Shown: positions 21,989 to 34,200 of the stretch, one piece after another
How the letters are laid out: every line of letters starts with the position of its first letter
Position numbering within the stretch: the stretch's first letter is position 1
DNA from: Scenedesmus sp. PABB004
Taxonomy: Eukaryota
NCBI GenBank assembly: GCA_014905635.1
Contig: JABVCE010000031.1
Location: 1 to 64,000 of the forward strand
Direction: 5' to 3'
Length of the DNA: 64,000 bases
Notes under the pieces: model-generated
The model's database searches: none
Seen by the model: the letters and a program-made list of their open reading frames with translations, nothing else
Told to the model about the DNA's origin: nothing
Translations under genes and position numbers: made by a program

Positions 21989-24900
21989 ATGGCGGGCCTT
22001 GCGCAGCTCCTGGCCTCCCTGGGCGCGGCCGCGGAGGTGTGGCCGCACGTTCTCCTGCTGGCGCTCTGCGGAGATGGCCCCGCGCGGCCCCTGAGCAGCA
22101 GACCCGGCGCCGCTGCCCGCCGCTGCCCGCTGCTGCTGCTGCGCCGCCGCGCGCAGGGCGCCGCCGGCGCCGATGCGGTGCAGGTTGAGGCGTCGCTGCT
22201 GCTGGGAGCGCTGGAGGAGCTGAAGCAGCAGGCGACGCTGCGGAAGGAGCTGGAGATGGTGCGCGCGCGCTTTGAACGCAGCAATCGACGCCGTGCGCCT
22301 GCGGTGCGCCGCCGAGCCCCCCGCGCCCGCACCGCGCCGCGCCGGCGCCGCCGCCGCCGCCGCCAGGCGCGCGACGAGGCGAGCATGCGGCCGAGCGTCG
22401 CGCGCAAGCTGAATGAGCGCATCCGGGGGCTCGAGGCCGAGGTGGAGCAGCTGCGCAGCGACAAGAAGGTGAAGGAGCTGGAGAAGAAGGTGGCCTTCCT
22501 AGAGCACGAGCTCAAGGCTAGCTACACGACCAAGAACTTCACACTCAAGTCGGGCCTGCTCGACCTCGAAAAGTCGTACCGGTGCGCGGCGGCGGCCGCG
22601 GGTGGGCGCTGAACGTTGGGGGCGCTGCGCGCCCTGTGCACCGCGCAGCGCTTCACCCCGCCGCGCGTGCCGTGCCGCCGCCGTGCGTTTTGATGCGGGT
22701 CACGGCCAGGGCGCACATCAACGTCGACCCCGCCATGGCCGCCTTCTGGGCGGACGTCACCGTGCTGCTGGTGCGCGCGCGGCGCCGGCGCGGCGCAGCA
22801 GCAGCGGCGCGCCGCCCCCGCGACGCGCCCGCTGCCCCGCCGCGCCTGCAGGATGACAAGAAGGACAAGGACGCGCCGCTGGTGTTCAAGGGCCCCCGCC
22901 GGCGGCGGCGGCGGCAGCGGCGGCTTCGGCGGCCGGCGCGAGCGGCGGCGGCGCGCCGCCGCGCAGCGGCAGCCCGCGCGGCGACGCCGGCGCGCAGCCC
23001 GACGGCGCCGCCGGCGCCGGGCCGCCGCAGCAGCCGCGCGGCGCGGGCCCCGCGAGCCACCCAGGGAGCGGCGTGGCGGAGGCGGTGGAGAGCTTCACCG
23101 CCATCATCGACGAGGAGGCGGCCAGCGCGGCGGCGGCGCTGCCCGAGGGCGCCACGAGCGCCGCCGCTGCGGCCGCGGGCGCGGAGCTCGTGGTGCGGCA
23201 GGCGGGCTCGTTCCGCATCGTGCGTGGCGGCGGCGGCGGCAGCGGCGGCACGCCGCGCGCGAGCGGCAGCGGCAGCGAGCCCGGCGGCGGCGCGACGGTG
23301 GTGGAGGAGCGGCAGCAGCCCGTCGCGGTGGTCAGGGGCGCGTTCAGCAGCCAGGTGGGCGCCGGAGGAGGCCGGGGAGGCCGGAGGAGAGGGGAGGGGC
23401 TCGACCGGCCCGCGTGGGTGCTGGCGGGGGGCTGCCGCGGCGCGCCGCCGCTCTGCGCCCGCACCCTGGGCCCAGCGTGCTGCCGCCGCCGCGACCCCCG
23501 CCGCTGCTGCGGTCGCGCGCAGGACGTGAACTTCAACCCGCTGCCACGCAGCATCGGCGACAGCTTGGGGGCGCCCGGCGCGGCGGCGGGGGGCACGGAG
23601 CTGCCACCGGTGGCGGTGGACGCCGCTGCCCTGGAGGCCCAGCGCGCCAGCACGTGCGCTGCGGTCGCAGCGCTGGCGGAAGCGCTGGGGGCGGTGGCAG
23701 GCGGCGGCGGAGCTGTTCTGCAGCAGCAGGCGCAGCAGCTGCTGGCCGGAGCGCGGGCGCCGCAGTCGGCGCAGCAGGCAGAGGCGCTGCTGGGCGGCGT
23801 GCAGCAGCTGCTGGCCGAGTGCGCGGCGAGCGGGGCGGGTGCGGCCGCGGCCGGCCCGCTGGCGGACGCGCAGGCTGCGGCGGCGCAGCTGGCAGCCCTG
23901 CAGCGCCGCGCCGCGGGCGAGGCGCGCAGCCAGGCGCTGCTGGTGCAGGTGCTCGGCGATTTCGTGGACCAGCTCGAGCAGCAGGGCGTGCTGGACGCGC
24001 CTGCGGGCAGCGGATCAGGGCAGCAGCACGTGCTGCAGGAGCTGCTGCAGCGCTTCCTGGCGGTCAACCCCCACGTGCCCCACCTCCTCGCGGCGCAGCT
24101 GGCGGGCCCGGCGCCGCCGCAGCAGACCGCGGCGCCGGCGGCTGACGCGGGCACGCAGGCGACGCCGCCGGGCAGCCCGCGGCACGCGGAGGCGCAGACG
24201 GCGCCGCCGAGCCCCGTGCACGCGGGCACGCAGGCGACGCCGCCGGGCAGCCCGCGGCACGCGGAGGCGCAGACGGCGCCGCCGAGCCCCGTGCACGCGG
24301 GCACGCAGGCGACGCCGCCGGGCAGCCCGCGGCACGCGGAGGCGCAGACGGCGCCGCCGAGCCCCTTGCACGCGGGCACGCAGGCGACGCCGCCGGGCAG
24401 CCCGCGGCACGCGGAGGCGCAGACGGCGCCGCCGAGCCCCGTGCACAGGGGCACGCAGGCGACGCCGCCGGGCAGCCCGCGGCACGCGGAGGCGCAGACG
24501 GCGCCGCCGAGCCCCGTGCACAGGGGCACGCAGGCGACGCCGCCGGGCAGCCCGCGGCACGCGGAGGCGCAGATGGCGCCGCCGAGTCCCGTGCACGCAG
24601 GCACGCAGGCGACGCCGCCGGGCAGCCCGCGGCACGCGGAGGCGCAGGTGGAGCTGCAGGCAGAGGCATCAGAGCAGGCCCCGCAATGCGAGCCCTCTCC
24701 GGTTGAGGAGCCAGCTGCAGCGGCAGCCCAAGCGGACGGGGCGGACGAGACCTCAGCGCTGGCCGCGGGTGCGTGCGCGCAGGGGGGAGTGCCTGTGTGC
24801 GCTTGCGGCTCCGGGCTCCGGGAGCTCAGATACGCTCGCTGCCGCCCGCCGCAGAGCTGGAGGCGCTGCACGCTGAAAAGAGCGAGCTGGCCGCCAGCCT

Positions 24901-25654
24901 GGCAGCAGCGCAGGGCCTGGTTGAGCACCTAAACGGCGCCGCAAAGCAGGCCCTGGACAAGGCAGACGACGCAGAGGCTGACGCGGCGCACGCACGCGAG
25001 CAGGTGGGCCGGCCGCCTGCCGCACGCTGCGGCGGCGGCGCGGCCCGTGCCGCAGCGTGCGCGCACGCGCCCGGCCGCGGGGCTGGCCTCACACACGCGC
25101 CCCCGCGCCGCAGCTTGAGGCGGCCAGCGCAGCGCTGGCGACGCTGCAGGGCGAGCACGCCGAGCTGACCACGCTGCTGATCGAGGCGAAGGTGGACCTG
25201 GCGGAGAAGAAGGGTGCGGCGCGCTCGCACGCCGCGCGCGCTGGGGAGGGGGGGGGGGCGCACGTCGCGGCACGCGCGTCCGGGCGCGCGCCTCGCCCGC
25301 GCTGGGGCACGCCCGACTCGCCGCCCGCCGCCGGCAGGCGAGCTGCTGGAGCTGGTGCGCGGCCTGCGCCGCGCTGTGGAGAGCCCCGCCAGCGGCGGCG
25401 CAGTGGAGGAGCTGGCAGCTATTCTTGAAAAGCTGCCTGCCGACACTGCCGCAGGCGGCGGCGGCGGCGGCGGCGAGGCGCCGGTGGCGCGCCTCGCGAG
25501 CGCCGGCGCGTCGCTCGCGGGCCTCGCGGCAAACCTGGGCCGCTTTGGCAGCCGCGCGCGGCGCCCGCCCAGCGACAGCGGCGCCCAGGCGGCGGACGGC
25601 GGGGGCGGGGGCGCGCCAGCTAGGGGCGGCGCCGCGTGGGCGGGCGAGCGCTGA
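21989..25654 (+). CDS. Hypothetical coiled-coil protein with central 25-aa tandem repeats
   Basis: Heptad-rich exons (ERIRGLEAEVEQLRSDKKVKELEKKVAFLEHELK; ELEALHAEKSELAASL; LTTLLIEAKVDLAEKK) linked by GT-AG introns; likely frameshift near 22900-23070. Confidence 0.65.
24147..24648 (+). repeat. Coding tandem repeat, 75-bp unit, 6 full copies plus 1 partial
   Basis: gcacgcaggcgacgccgccgggcagc recurs at 24151, 24226, 24301, 24376, 24451, 24526 and 24601; peptide AGTQATPPGSPRHAEAQTAPPSPVH. Confidence 0.97.
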
Positions 25655-26106
25655 GCGCTGAGCGGCTGCGACAGTTCTGCCCTGAGCGGCTGTGGCGATC
25701 GCGTGGGCCGAACCACCGGGCGGGGCCGTTGTTGCGCGGGCGAGAGAGAGAGAGAGCGGGCCGCGCCGCGGGTCCCGCGTGTGACACCTGAACGGAGCAG
25801 TCACCCGTGCGCCGGCAGCGCGGCCGACGCGCGCCGCGGGTCGCAGCGGCGGTCGGGCCGCCACCGGGCTGACGCACACAGACGTGCAAGTCGCAGCTCG
25901 CTCTCCCGCCGCGCGCGCGCTCGGCGCGCGCCGCCTGCCGCCGTCGCCCCTTGCGCAGGGGCCGGGGCCGGGCGCCGCCGCGCGCGCGGGCGCCGTCAAT
26001 GCAGGGCTTATTGCTGCTGCGCTGGCCGCCCCCACGATGGTGGTGGGCTTCTTTATTCACTGCTGCGCTGGCCGCAGACACACTCCTGGCACGCCCCGGG
26101 GCCGCA

Positions 26107-27314
26107 TCACAGCAGGACGGCCAGCAGGGCGGGCACCGCCAGCAGGGCGGCACCCACCGCGGCGCCACCCGCAGAGTTGCCGGTCGCGGCGAGCACGCGC
26201 GCCGTGGGCTCCTCGACCGCCACGCTGCTGCCGCCGCCGCTGCTGCCGCTGCTGCTGCCAGACGCCAGCGCCGCAGTGTCGGCGGGCGTCGCCGCGGTGT
26301 TGGCGGGCGTCGACGGCGTCGCCGCCGCCGGCGCCGGCGCCGCCGCCGGCGTGGCCGCCGGCAGGGCGTCGCCGGCGCGGTCGAGCGTGGGCGCCGCGGC
26401 GCCGCTGGCGGGGGCGAGGGTGTCCAGCATGTCCTGGTACTCCGGCGGCACCACGAGGCTGGACATCTCGTGGATGACCGCCTTGCCCGCGGCAATGTTG
26501 CCGGCCGCGATGCGCGCAGAGTTAATGAAGTACGCCGGCCCGCCCGCGGCGCTGGCGCGGCGGGCGGGATGGCGCGGCGGGCGGCGGTGAGGTGGCGGCG
26601 CGGCGGGCGGCCGGCACGGCGCCGCCAGGCTGGCGCGCCGCGCGCTCACTTGACGACCTTGACCGTCACGGTGTTGCCGTTGAGCGTGGTGAGCGTCTGG
26701 CCGTCCTTGAGGTCGGCCAGGCGCAGCGCGGCGCCGGGGATGACGCTCGTGCTGAACACGTCGTTCACCTGCGCCGGGTCGCCCAGCGCGCTGGTCAGGT
26801 CGCCCCCGACCGCATCCGCCAGCGGCTGCAGCGCCTGCGCGGCGGCGAGCGAGGGGGAGGGGCGGCGGCGGGGCGCGGGCGAGGGCGTGGGCGGCCGCCG
26901 CGCTGCGCGCGCCGGGCGAGCAGCAGTACGTGCGCGCTGCTGCGCGGCCGCCGCCGGCGGAGCGCCGCGCGGCCACGGCAGCGCTCTGGCGGGCTGGAGA
27001 GGCCCGCACCGCGTCGGTGGGCGCGAACACGGTGCCGACAAAGCCCGCGTCGCGCAGCTTGTCGGCGAGCGGGATGCTGGCGGTGTTCTGGTTGAGCATG
27101 GAGAGCTCGGGCAGGCTGGCCACGGCGTCCTGAACGCTGGGGAAGCCCTGGCCGGCGACGGCGCCTGTGGGGCGGCGCGGGGGGTGCAGCTGCTGCTCGC
27201 GGGCGCGCCCCCGGCGCCAGCGCCGCGCGCGGGGCCCGCGGGCTGCGCTCCGGCTCGCGGCCGCGCCTCACCGAGCAGGGCCAGCAGCGCCAGAGCGAGC
27301 GCGGGAGCCTTCAT
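26107..27314 (-). CDS. Secreted fasciclin (FAS1) domain protein with probable GPI anchor
   Basis: Signal peptide MKAPALALALLALLG; GTVFAPTDA (H1), LKDGQTLTTLNGNTVTV, AGKAVIHEMSSLVVP (H2); Ala/Pro/Thr-rich stalk; hydrophobic tail NSAGGAAVGAALLAVPALLAVLL. Confidence 0.88.
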
Positions 27315-27679
27315 GGCTGCGGGACCGGGCAACAGGGCGGGAAAAGCTTCAGCGCCGGTAGCGCGCTGCCGGGGGGCCAGCGGCGCGTCTCAGCGCTTCC
27401 GGCGCCACCCACAGCGCCGGACACACCCCGTGGGAGGCCGCGCAGGCAGCGCGCGCACCTGGTGGCGCTGGTGGGGGCGCCCGGGATGTTCGGCCTTTGC
27501 GCGCTGGGCGAGCGGGATGGCGAGGAGGCTGGTGCGGCGCCTGGCTTGAGCTGGAGCAATGGACGGCAGGAGGCGCGAGGGCGGCCCCTTGAGGCGGCGG
27601 CGGCGCAGGGTTGAGCGACGGCACGCGCGCGGCGCTTACAGCTGCTAGCTCGGGAGCCCCGGAGCGCGCTGTGCTTCAA

Positions 27680-28318
27680 TCACTCCTGCTCCGCGCCACT
27701 GGCTGCCGCGCCGGGGCCCGCCCTGCCCGCCGCCGCTCCAGGTCCGCGCGTGAAGAGCTTGTCGAGGTCCTCCGTGACCACGTTGCTCCTGCGAGAGTGC
27801 GCAGCTTGCAGGACGGGCGACGCGCGCGCGTGCGTGCGCGCCGGCAGCACGCCGCGCCCGCGCGCACCTGCCGGCGAGCTGCGGCGGCACAAACCCGCCG
27901 CGCGCGCGGCCGCCGCCGGGCTTGGCCGCGGGGCCCGGCTTGGCCGCCTTGCTCGCGGCGGCCCCCGCGGGCAGGCTGTGCCCCACCACTGCCTTGAACG
28001 GCCGCTTGCCGGGCGGGGACGGCCTGCGCGGCCGCGCGCAGATGGGCGGGCGAGGGCGGCGCTGGGCGTGGCGAGGAGTGCGCCAGGCCGCGCCGGCGGG
28101 CGCGCGTGCGCGCGCGGCACCCGCGCCGCGCACCCGCCGGCCCTGGCACCACCAGCAGCCGGCTCGTCGTCCGCAAACGGGTTGGGCAGTCGCTGCGCCG
28201 GCGGCGCTGCTGCCGGCGGCGCCGCGGCCCGCTGCTGATGCTGCTGCGCCGCCGACGGCGGCGCGCCCTCCTCGCTGTCCGACTCGGAGCCCGAGCCGTA
28301 GCCCGCCAGCAGGTCCAT
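27680..28318 (-). CDS. Small protein of unknown function (3 exons), probably conserved in green plants
   Basis: MDLLAGYGSGSESDSEE start; spliced FVPPQLAG|RSNVVTEDLDKLF resembles a motif recalled from plant uncharacterised proteins; TGTAA at 27636-27640 on the - strand. Confidence 0.7.
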   Translation of the reverse strand: MDLLAGYGSGSESDSEEGAPPSAAQQHQQRAAAPPAAAPPAQRLPNPFADDEPAAGGARAGGCAARVPRAHARPPARPGALLATPSAALARPSARGRAGRPRPASGRSRQWWGTACPRGPPRARRPSRAPRPSPAAAARAAGLCRRSSPAGARGRGVLPARTHARASPVLQAAHSRRSNVVTEDLDKLFTRGPGAAAGRAGPGAAASGAEQE

Positions 28319-29060
28319 GAGCGCGGTATCACTCCGCCATGCGCGGCGCGCGTCGGCCGGCAGCAGCAGCAGCGGCCTGCGCGGCCTGCGGGCGGGCGGG
28401 CGAGCTGCGGCGTGCGAGCTGCGGCGGGGGCTGGACTGCTGATCCCGGAGTGGCGCTGGCGGGGAGGGGGGCACGCGAGCTTTCAGCGCGCCGGCTCAGC
28501 GCGGCGGCGCGGGCGCAAAACCGCCGCCCCGGCCCAGCGTTTGTGTTTCAACAGCATTTCACGGCCACGGGCGCCATCAACCACCAAACAAACAAACAAC
28601 ACAGCGCGGCCCACGCGGACCGAGGAACAGCGATTGCGGCGAAGGGTTGGGCGCGCGTTCAGCGCGGGTGGGTGTTCGTGTGCGACAGCTCGCCCGGCGG
28701 CGGCCGCGCTCTCGCGGCCGCCGCCGGCAGCCAACCGGTTCAAAACCAATCCCGCGCGCTGCGGAGCGCGCGCTGCGGAGCGCGTTCAGCGCTCACGTCC
28801 GTCGCGCGCGCAGCGTTGGGGTGACGGCCCGCCAGCCAGTGCGCGGCTCAGCCAGCCAGGCAGTGCAGCCAATGCAGGGGCGCGGCACGCCGCCGCATGA
28901 GCAGCTTGTGCGGTGGTGAGCGCGTGCGTTTGAGCAACCAAAAAACACGGGGCTGCCCGCACATAACAGTCATCGGCCGCCGCGGCGGCGCGTGGCGGGG
29001 CCGCCCGCGCCGCGGCAGCCATGGGCGCGCCGCGCCGCCCCCCAGCTGCCGCGGCGGGGC

Positions 29061-30499
29061 TCAGCCGCGCGGCGGCGGCGGCGGCGCGCGCCGGCCGTAG
29101 CCGCGCTCCAGATACCATGGCAGGTATTCAGCCGCCGAGTGGGGCTGCGGGTTGTAGCCCAGGTCGCGGCGCGCCTTGTCGCAGCTGAACCAGTGCGTGA
29201 CACCCGCCTTGCGCACCTCGCTGCGCGTGAGCAGCAGCACGCCGGGGCGCAGCGGCGCGGGCAGGCGCGTGTGCGCCAGCTCCATGCACCACGCCAGAAA
29301 GTACATCTGACCGGGCGCCAGGGGCGGCGCGGCGCGGCGGGGTGGGCGGGCGGGCGTGCTGTGGCGGCGCGGGGCTGGCGCGCCAGCTGCGGCGGCCGCC
29401 GGCGTGCCCCGGCGGGCGCTGCGTCTGCGCACCAGCCAGTACGGCAGCGTGAGGCTGGGCATGGAGTAGCCCAGACCCTCCAGCAGCGGCCTCAGCAGGT
29501 CCTGGCTGCTCGTCGGCGAGGGGTCCACGATGAAGTACGCCTGCCCCGCCGCCGCGCCGCCGCCCGGCGCGCGCAGCGCCGCCGCGGCCAGCACCTGCCC
29601 GCGAGCGCGCGGGAGGTCGGCGCGCGGCGCCGGCGCGCGTGCGCGCGGGCGCGCTCCCTGCACCGCCGCGGGGCGCGGCCGTGCGCATTGCAGCCCCCCC
29701 CCCCACACACACACGCGCGCGCACACACCTGGGCGTCGACGAGGTTGCCAATGTGCGTCCAGTCCTGCACCGCGGCGGGGTCGCCGAAGCGCGCGACCAG
29801 GCCGCCCGCCTGGGCGAGGCGCACCAGCCGCATGCTGTGCTGCGTCTCGCCGGCGCCGTAGATGCCGTTGGGGCGCAACGCGCACGTGCGCAGCGCGCCG
29901 CCCGCGGGCAGGGGCGTGCCGTTGGCGGACAGGACGGCCATCTCGGCGAGGGTCTTGGTCGAGCTGTACGCGTCGACCTGGCGCTGCGGCGGGAAGTACG
30001 GCAGCGACGCCTCGGTGCTGCCTTCGATGCGCTGCCCGCCAAAGACGACGTTGCACGTGCTCGTGAAGAGCAGGCGCGGCACGCTGCACGCGACGCACGC
30101 GTCGATCACGGCGCGCGTGCCCTCGACGTTGACCGCCCACGTGCGCGCCGCGTCGAGCGAGGCCGCCCCCGACATGCCATGCGCGGCGACGTGGAACAGG
30201 GCGCCCACGGGCGCGTGGCGCGCGAGGCAGGCCGCGACGGCGCCGGGCGCCTGCGTCGCGCCGCGCTCGTGCACCTCGCCGGGCAGCAGCGGCGCCGCCG
30301 GGCCGGCGACGTCGAAGAGTACGACCTTGGAGGCGAGGCCGTCGGCCAGCAGCCGCGCCGACAGGCTGCGCGGCGCGGCGCGGTGGGCTGCTGCCGCCGC
30401 TGCTGCCCGCCGTGTCGCCCCCACCCCACGCCGCGCCTCTCACCTGCGTCCCACGAAGCCGCAGCCACCCGTTATCACGGCCACCTCCTCAGACGGCAT
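29061..30499 (-). CDS. 3-beta-hydroxysteroid dehydrogenase-like extended SDR (SDR42E1-like)
   Basis: VITGGCGFVG, FHVAAHGMSG, VNVEGT, FTSTCNVVFGG, YSSTK (YxxxK), TCALRPNGIYGAGE, DWTHIGNLVDA, LLTRSEVRKAGVTHWFSCDKARRDLGYNP. Confidence 0.93.
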
Positions 30500-31124
30500 C
30501 GCGCGGCGCCCCCGCGGGCCTGGCCGCTACGGGATGGCTCGCATCCCCTCCCGCCCGCCTGCTGCGCACTGCGGCGAGGAGGCAGGGGTCGGGGCGTCCT
30601 AAGACTGGCAGAGACTGGCGCGACGGACCTCCAGGGTGGGAACGAGAGCACCGGCGGTGCCGCCCTGAGCAGCAGATGCAGCGGCCGCTGCTGCCGCTGC
30701 TGCTGCCGCCGGTGCTGTTGCGCGGTTGTCGCGGATTTATTCACTGCGAGGGCAGAACTGTCGTGCTGGAGCTCGTGCCCTGGCGGTCAAGCAGCGAGCT
30801 GCGGTTCAGCCGCCGCCGCGCGCGGTTCGCGGGTGACGCCGCGCGCGGGTGACGACGACGACGATGGCGCGCGCTCGAGTGTTGGCCGCCGTGTTGCCGC
30901 GCCAACGCCGTCCGCGCAAAATGAATGAGCAACGCACTCCATGAACCCATTTGCAATGACCACGTCGCGAGAGTGCATTGCCGCCCCTCAAGTCCGCGGG
31001 CGCGGACTCCCGCCCATCACCAGCGCTCGCGCGCTGCGTGTTATCGTCAGCAGCAGCAGTCCGCGAGCAGCGAAGCCCCCCCCCCCTTGCAAGGTCAACA
31101 CGTGTGAGCTGGAAGCCATTCCAT

Positions 31125-31264
31125 AACGTTAAAACGCCCCCGCGTGCCCGCCGTCGAGGCATGAATGTTGAACGCCCCCGCGCGCCCGGCCTCTTCGAAG
31201 CAGGAACGTTGGAACGCCCCCGCGCGCCCGGCCGTCTTCGAAACAGGAACGTTGGAGCGCCCCG
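31125..31264. repeat. Imperfect tandem repeat, ~40-43 bp unit, ~3.4 copies, intergenic or 3'-UTR
   Basis: Unit approximately aacgttggaacgcccccgcgcgcccggccgtcttcgaaacagg, degrading leftwards. Confidence 0.85.
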
Positions 31265-31294
31265 ACCGAGGGAGCGTGCGGCGCCCCCCGGCGC

Positions 31295-34200
31295 TCACAC
31301 CCGCGGCAGGCGCTGCGCGTACAGGAAGCGCGGCGCCGCGTCGTCGCCCGGCACGCCGCGCGGCACCGCGTGCGCGGCGTGCGGGGCGTAGCCGCCCGCG
31401 TAGTCGGCGACACCCACGCCGGCGCCGGCGCCGTCGTCGCCGCCGAGCGCAAAGCTCTGCGCCGTGGCGTCAAAGCGCGGCGCGAGCACGCTCCACCCGA
31501 GCGCCAGCTCGTGCCCCGGCGGCAGCAGGTCGGTGCAGTCGGCGCGGTCGCCGTCGATGCAGACCAGCGTGAGCTCGTCCGGCCGCAGCGGCGGCGCGGC
31601 GGGGCCCGACGTCGCGTCGCCGGGGACGCGCGGCGGCACGTCGGGGTCGCGCCCCATGGCTGCCAGGCACGGGTTGAGGTAGATCGCGACCGTGGTGTTC
31701 TGCGGCGGCGCGCGCGCCGGCGGCGGCGGCGGCTCGCGGCGCGCGCCGCGGGCCCCGACCCGCGCCGCCCCGAACCGGCCCGGCGCGGCGCGCGCCCCCG
31801 GCCGCTGAGCCGCCGGCCGGCGCCCTGCCGGCCGCGCGCCGCGCCGTGGCGCACCCGGTCCATGGTGTGGCCCTCGGGGTTGTAGGTGTTGAACCCCGCG
31901 TTGCTGCCGCAGTACTCGGGCCAGCCGCGCAGCGCGTTGACGTCCACGCCGCCGCCGGGCTGGGCCGGCAGCGCGCGCGCGCCCGGCGCGGTGCGCGGCG
32001 AGGCAAGGAGGACATGCAGGGCGTACTTTCGGTCGCGCAGCGCCGCGGGGTTTAGGCGCGAGATGACCGCGCTCCAGCTGTAGCCGGCGTAGCCGCCGGT
32101 CAGCGCCGAGACGTAGCGCGCGAGGTAGGCGCGCGCCGCGGGCGACCCGGGGTCGCCCGACGCGGTGCCGTCGTCGAGCGCCGCGGCCGCCGTCGCGGCC
32201 GCCGCGTCCGCGCTGCGCAGCCGCCGCGCCGCGCCCGTGGCAGCACTCGCGCCCGCGCCCGCGCCCGCGCCGCGGCGGCCGCCGCCGAGCGGCGGCAGGC
32301 GGGGGATGTTGTCGAGGCTGTGCCGCCCCGCCACGGCGGGCCCGCCCGCGCCGTACGCGTACCCGCAGTCCGCCACGACCTCGCCGCACGCGTCCGCCGA
32401 CCCAAACGGCGCGTACCAGGAGGTCCCCAGGTACTGCGCGCTGCTGCTCTGAAAGAGGAAGAGCAGGCGGTCAACGTTCACGTGGTGCAGCCTGGGCGTG
32501 CGTGCGTGCGTGGGTGTTCACGCGGCGCGGCGGTCGGCGGCGCGGCGGTCGGCGGTCGGCGGTCGGTGGGGCGGCTCGGCGCCGCGCTGCCGTCTTGTCT
32601 GCCGTGCCGCGCGGCACGCCGTGGTGGGAGGGGCGGCACGCGCGCGCACCAGAAGAGCGGGTCCCAGCCGGCCAGCGAGAGCGTGGCCATGTCGCCGCCG
32701 ACGCTGTTGTGGACGTTGTTATGGAAGCTGCAGGGGCGCATGGGGCGGGGGCAGGGGTCAGGGCACGGGGCGCGGCGGCGGGCCCTTGGCGCGCACGCGC
32801 CACCCGCGGCGCGCGCGCGCGCCGCACAGCTCGAGGTTGCCCGCGCAGCCGCCGCGGCCGCCGAGGTTGGTGCACGACCAGCTCCAGCTGGAGAGGAACG
32901 CGCTGACCTGGCCGCCAAACGCGGCGGCCTGGCTGCTCACGCCGCTGTCCCACCCAAAGTCGCGCGAGACGCAGTCCCCGACCGACTTGCTGCCGCGCCC
33001 CGTGGCGGCGGGCGCCTGCGGCGCGGCGCGGCGCGGGCTCGGCGCGGCGGCCGCGGCGGCAGCGGCGGCGCGCCGTCCGCGCGTGCGTGCGTGCCCGGGC
33101 GCGCCGTCGGCGGCGGCGGACGCGGCGCGCGCAGGGGCATGACGTCACCCACCCTGAAGCAGTAGCCCCGCAGCGGGTTGCGCGCCGTCGTGAGCGCGGC
33201 GCCGTCGGGCGTGAGCACGGTCACGGTCTCGTCGATCAGCAGGCCTGGCAGCGGCGCCGCCGCGGCGTCCCAGTAGGGCGCGCGCAGCATGCCGCACGTG
33301 TAGAGCGCGGCGGCGCGGCGCTCGGGCGCCGCGAAGCGCCCCGCGACGGTGCGGCACGCGGCCTGCAGGTTGCGCTCAAAGAGGCGGCAGTAGGGGCGGT
33401 GCCAGGGGCCGAACGCCTCGGAGTTGTGCCGGCAGAAGCCGGCGCCGGGCGGGGACTGGCCGTTGTAGGGCGACAGCGCGCCGTGGATGCCGGCGACGCC
33501 GTGGTAGCTGTCGTCCCCGGTCACGGGGCCGGAGGTCATGAACTCGTCCAGGGCCATGAGGTACAGCATCTAAACCCCGACCCCAGGCGCGCGGGGGCCG
33601 GCGCGGGGGAGGCAGGCAGGCGGGGAGGCGGCGGGGGTGGATTGGAGGAGGCCGGCGGGCGGGCTGGGCCCGGCGGCGCTTGGGCGCGCGGCCGCGGGCG
33701 CGCTTGCGGGCGGCGGCGGGCGTGGCGGCGTCTGCCGGGCCGCGGGGCTCTCACCCGGTAGAGGTTGTCATCGTCCAGGGCGGAGATAATCGCCACGTCA
33801 AGCCGCGGCTGCACGCCTGCGTGTGGTGGTGGTGGCGGCCGAGGCGCGCGCGGTGGGCGGGTGCTGTGCGTGAGCGGGTCCCCGCAGCGGGGCGCGGCGA
33901 GGCGCGGCAGCGGCCCGCAGCGGCCGACTCACGGTCGGCGGCGGGCGGCGGTGGCGGCGGCGGCGGCGGGCTGGGCGGACGCGGCGCGGGCGGCCGGGGC
34001 GGGCGCGGCGGGCGCCCAAACTGGCGCGGCCCGCGCGGCGCCCTGCGTGGCGCGCGGCGCGGCAGCACGCTTGGTGAGTTACGGCCGCAAGCAGCTGCAG
34101 CCGGGCGGGCCAGCGGCGCCCCGTGCGCGCACCTGGGCGGCGCGGGCGGCATCGGCGGCGGCGGCGCCTCCTTGCCAGCCCGGGGCTGCTGCGCCGGCGG

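Noticed and set aside
18984..22094. 1036-aa Arg-rich ORF, and similar ones such as 37008-40361 and 50816-53821
   Set aside because: Off-frame or antisense shadow ORFs caused by stop-codon scarcity at extreme GC; real exons lie in other frames.
31125..31264. Possible CRISPR-like array
   Set aside because: Units are contiguous and degenerate with no unique spacers, no cas genes, and the context is eukaryotic.
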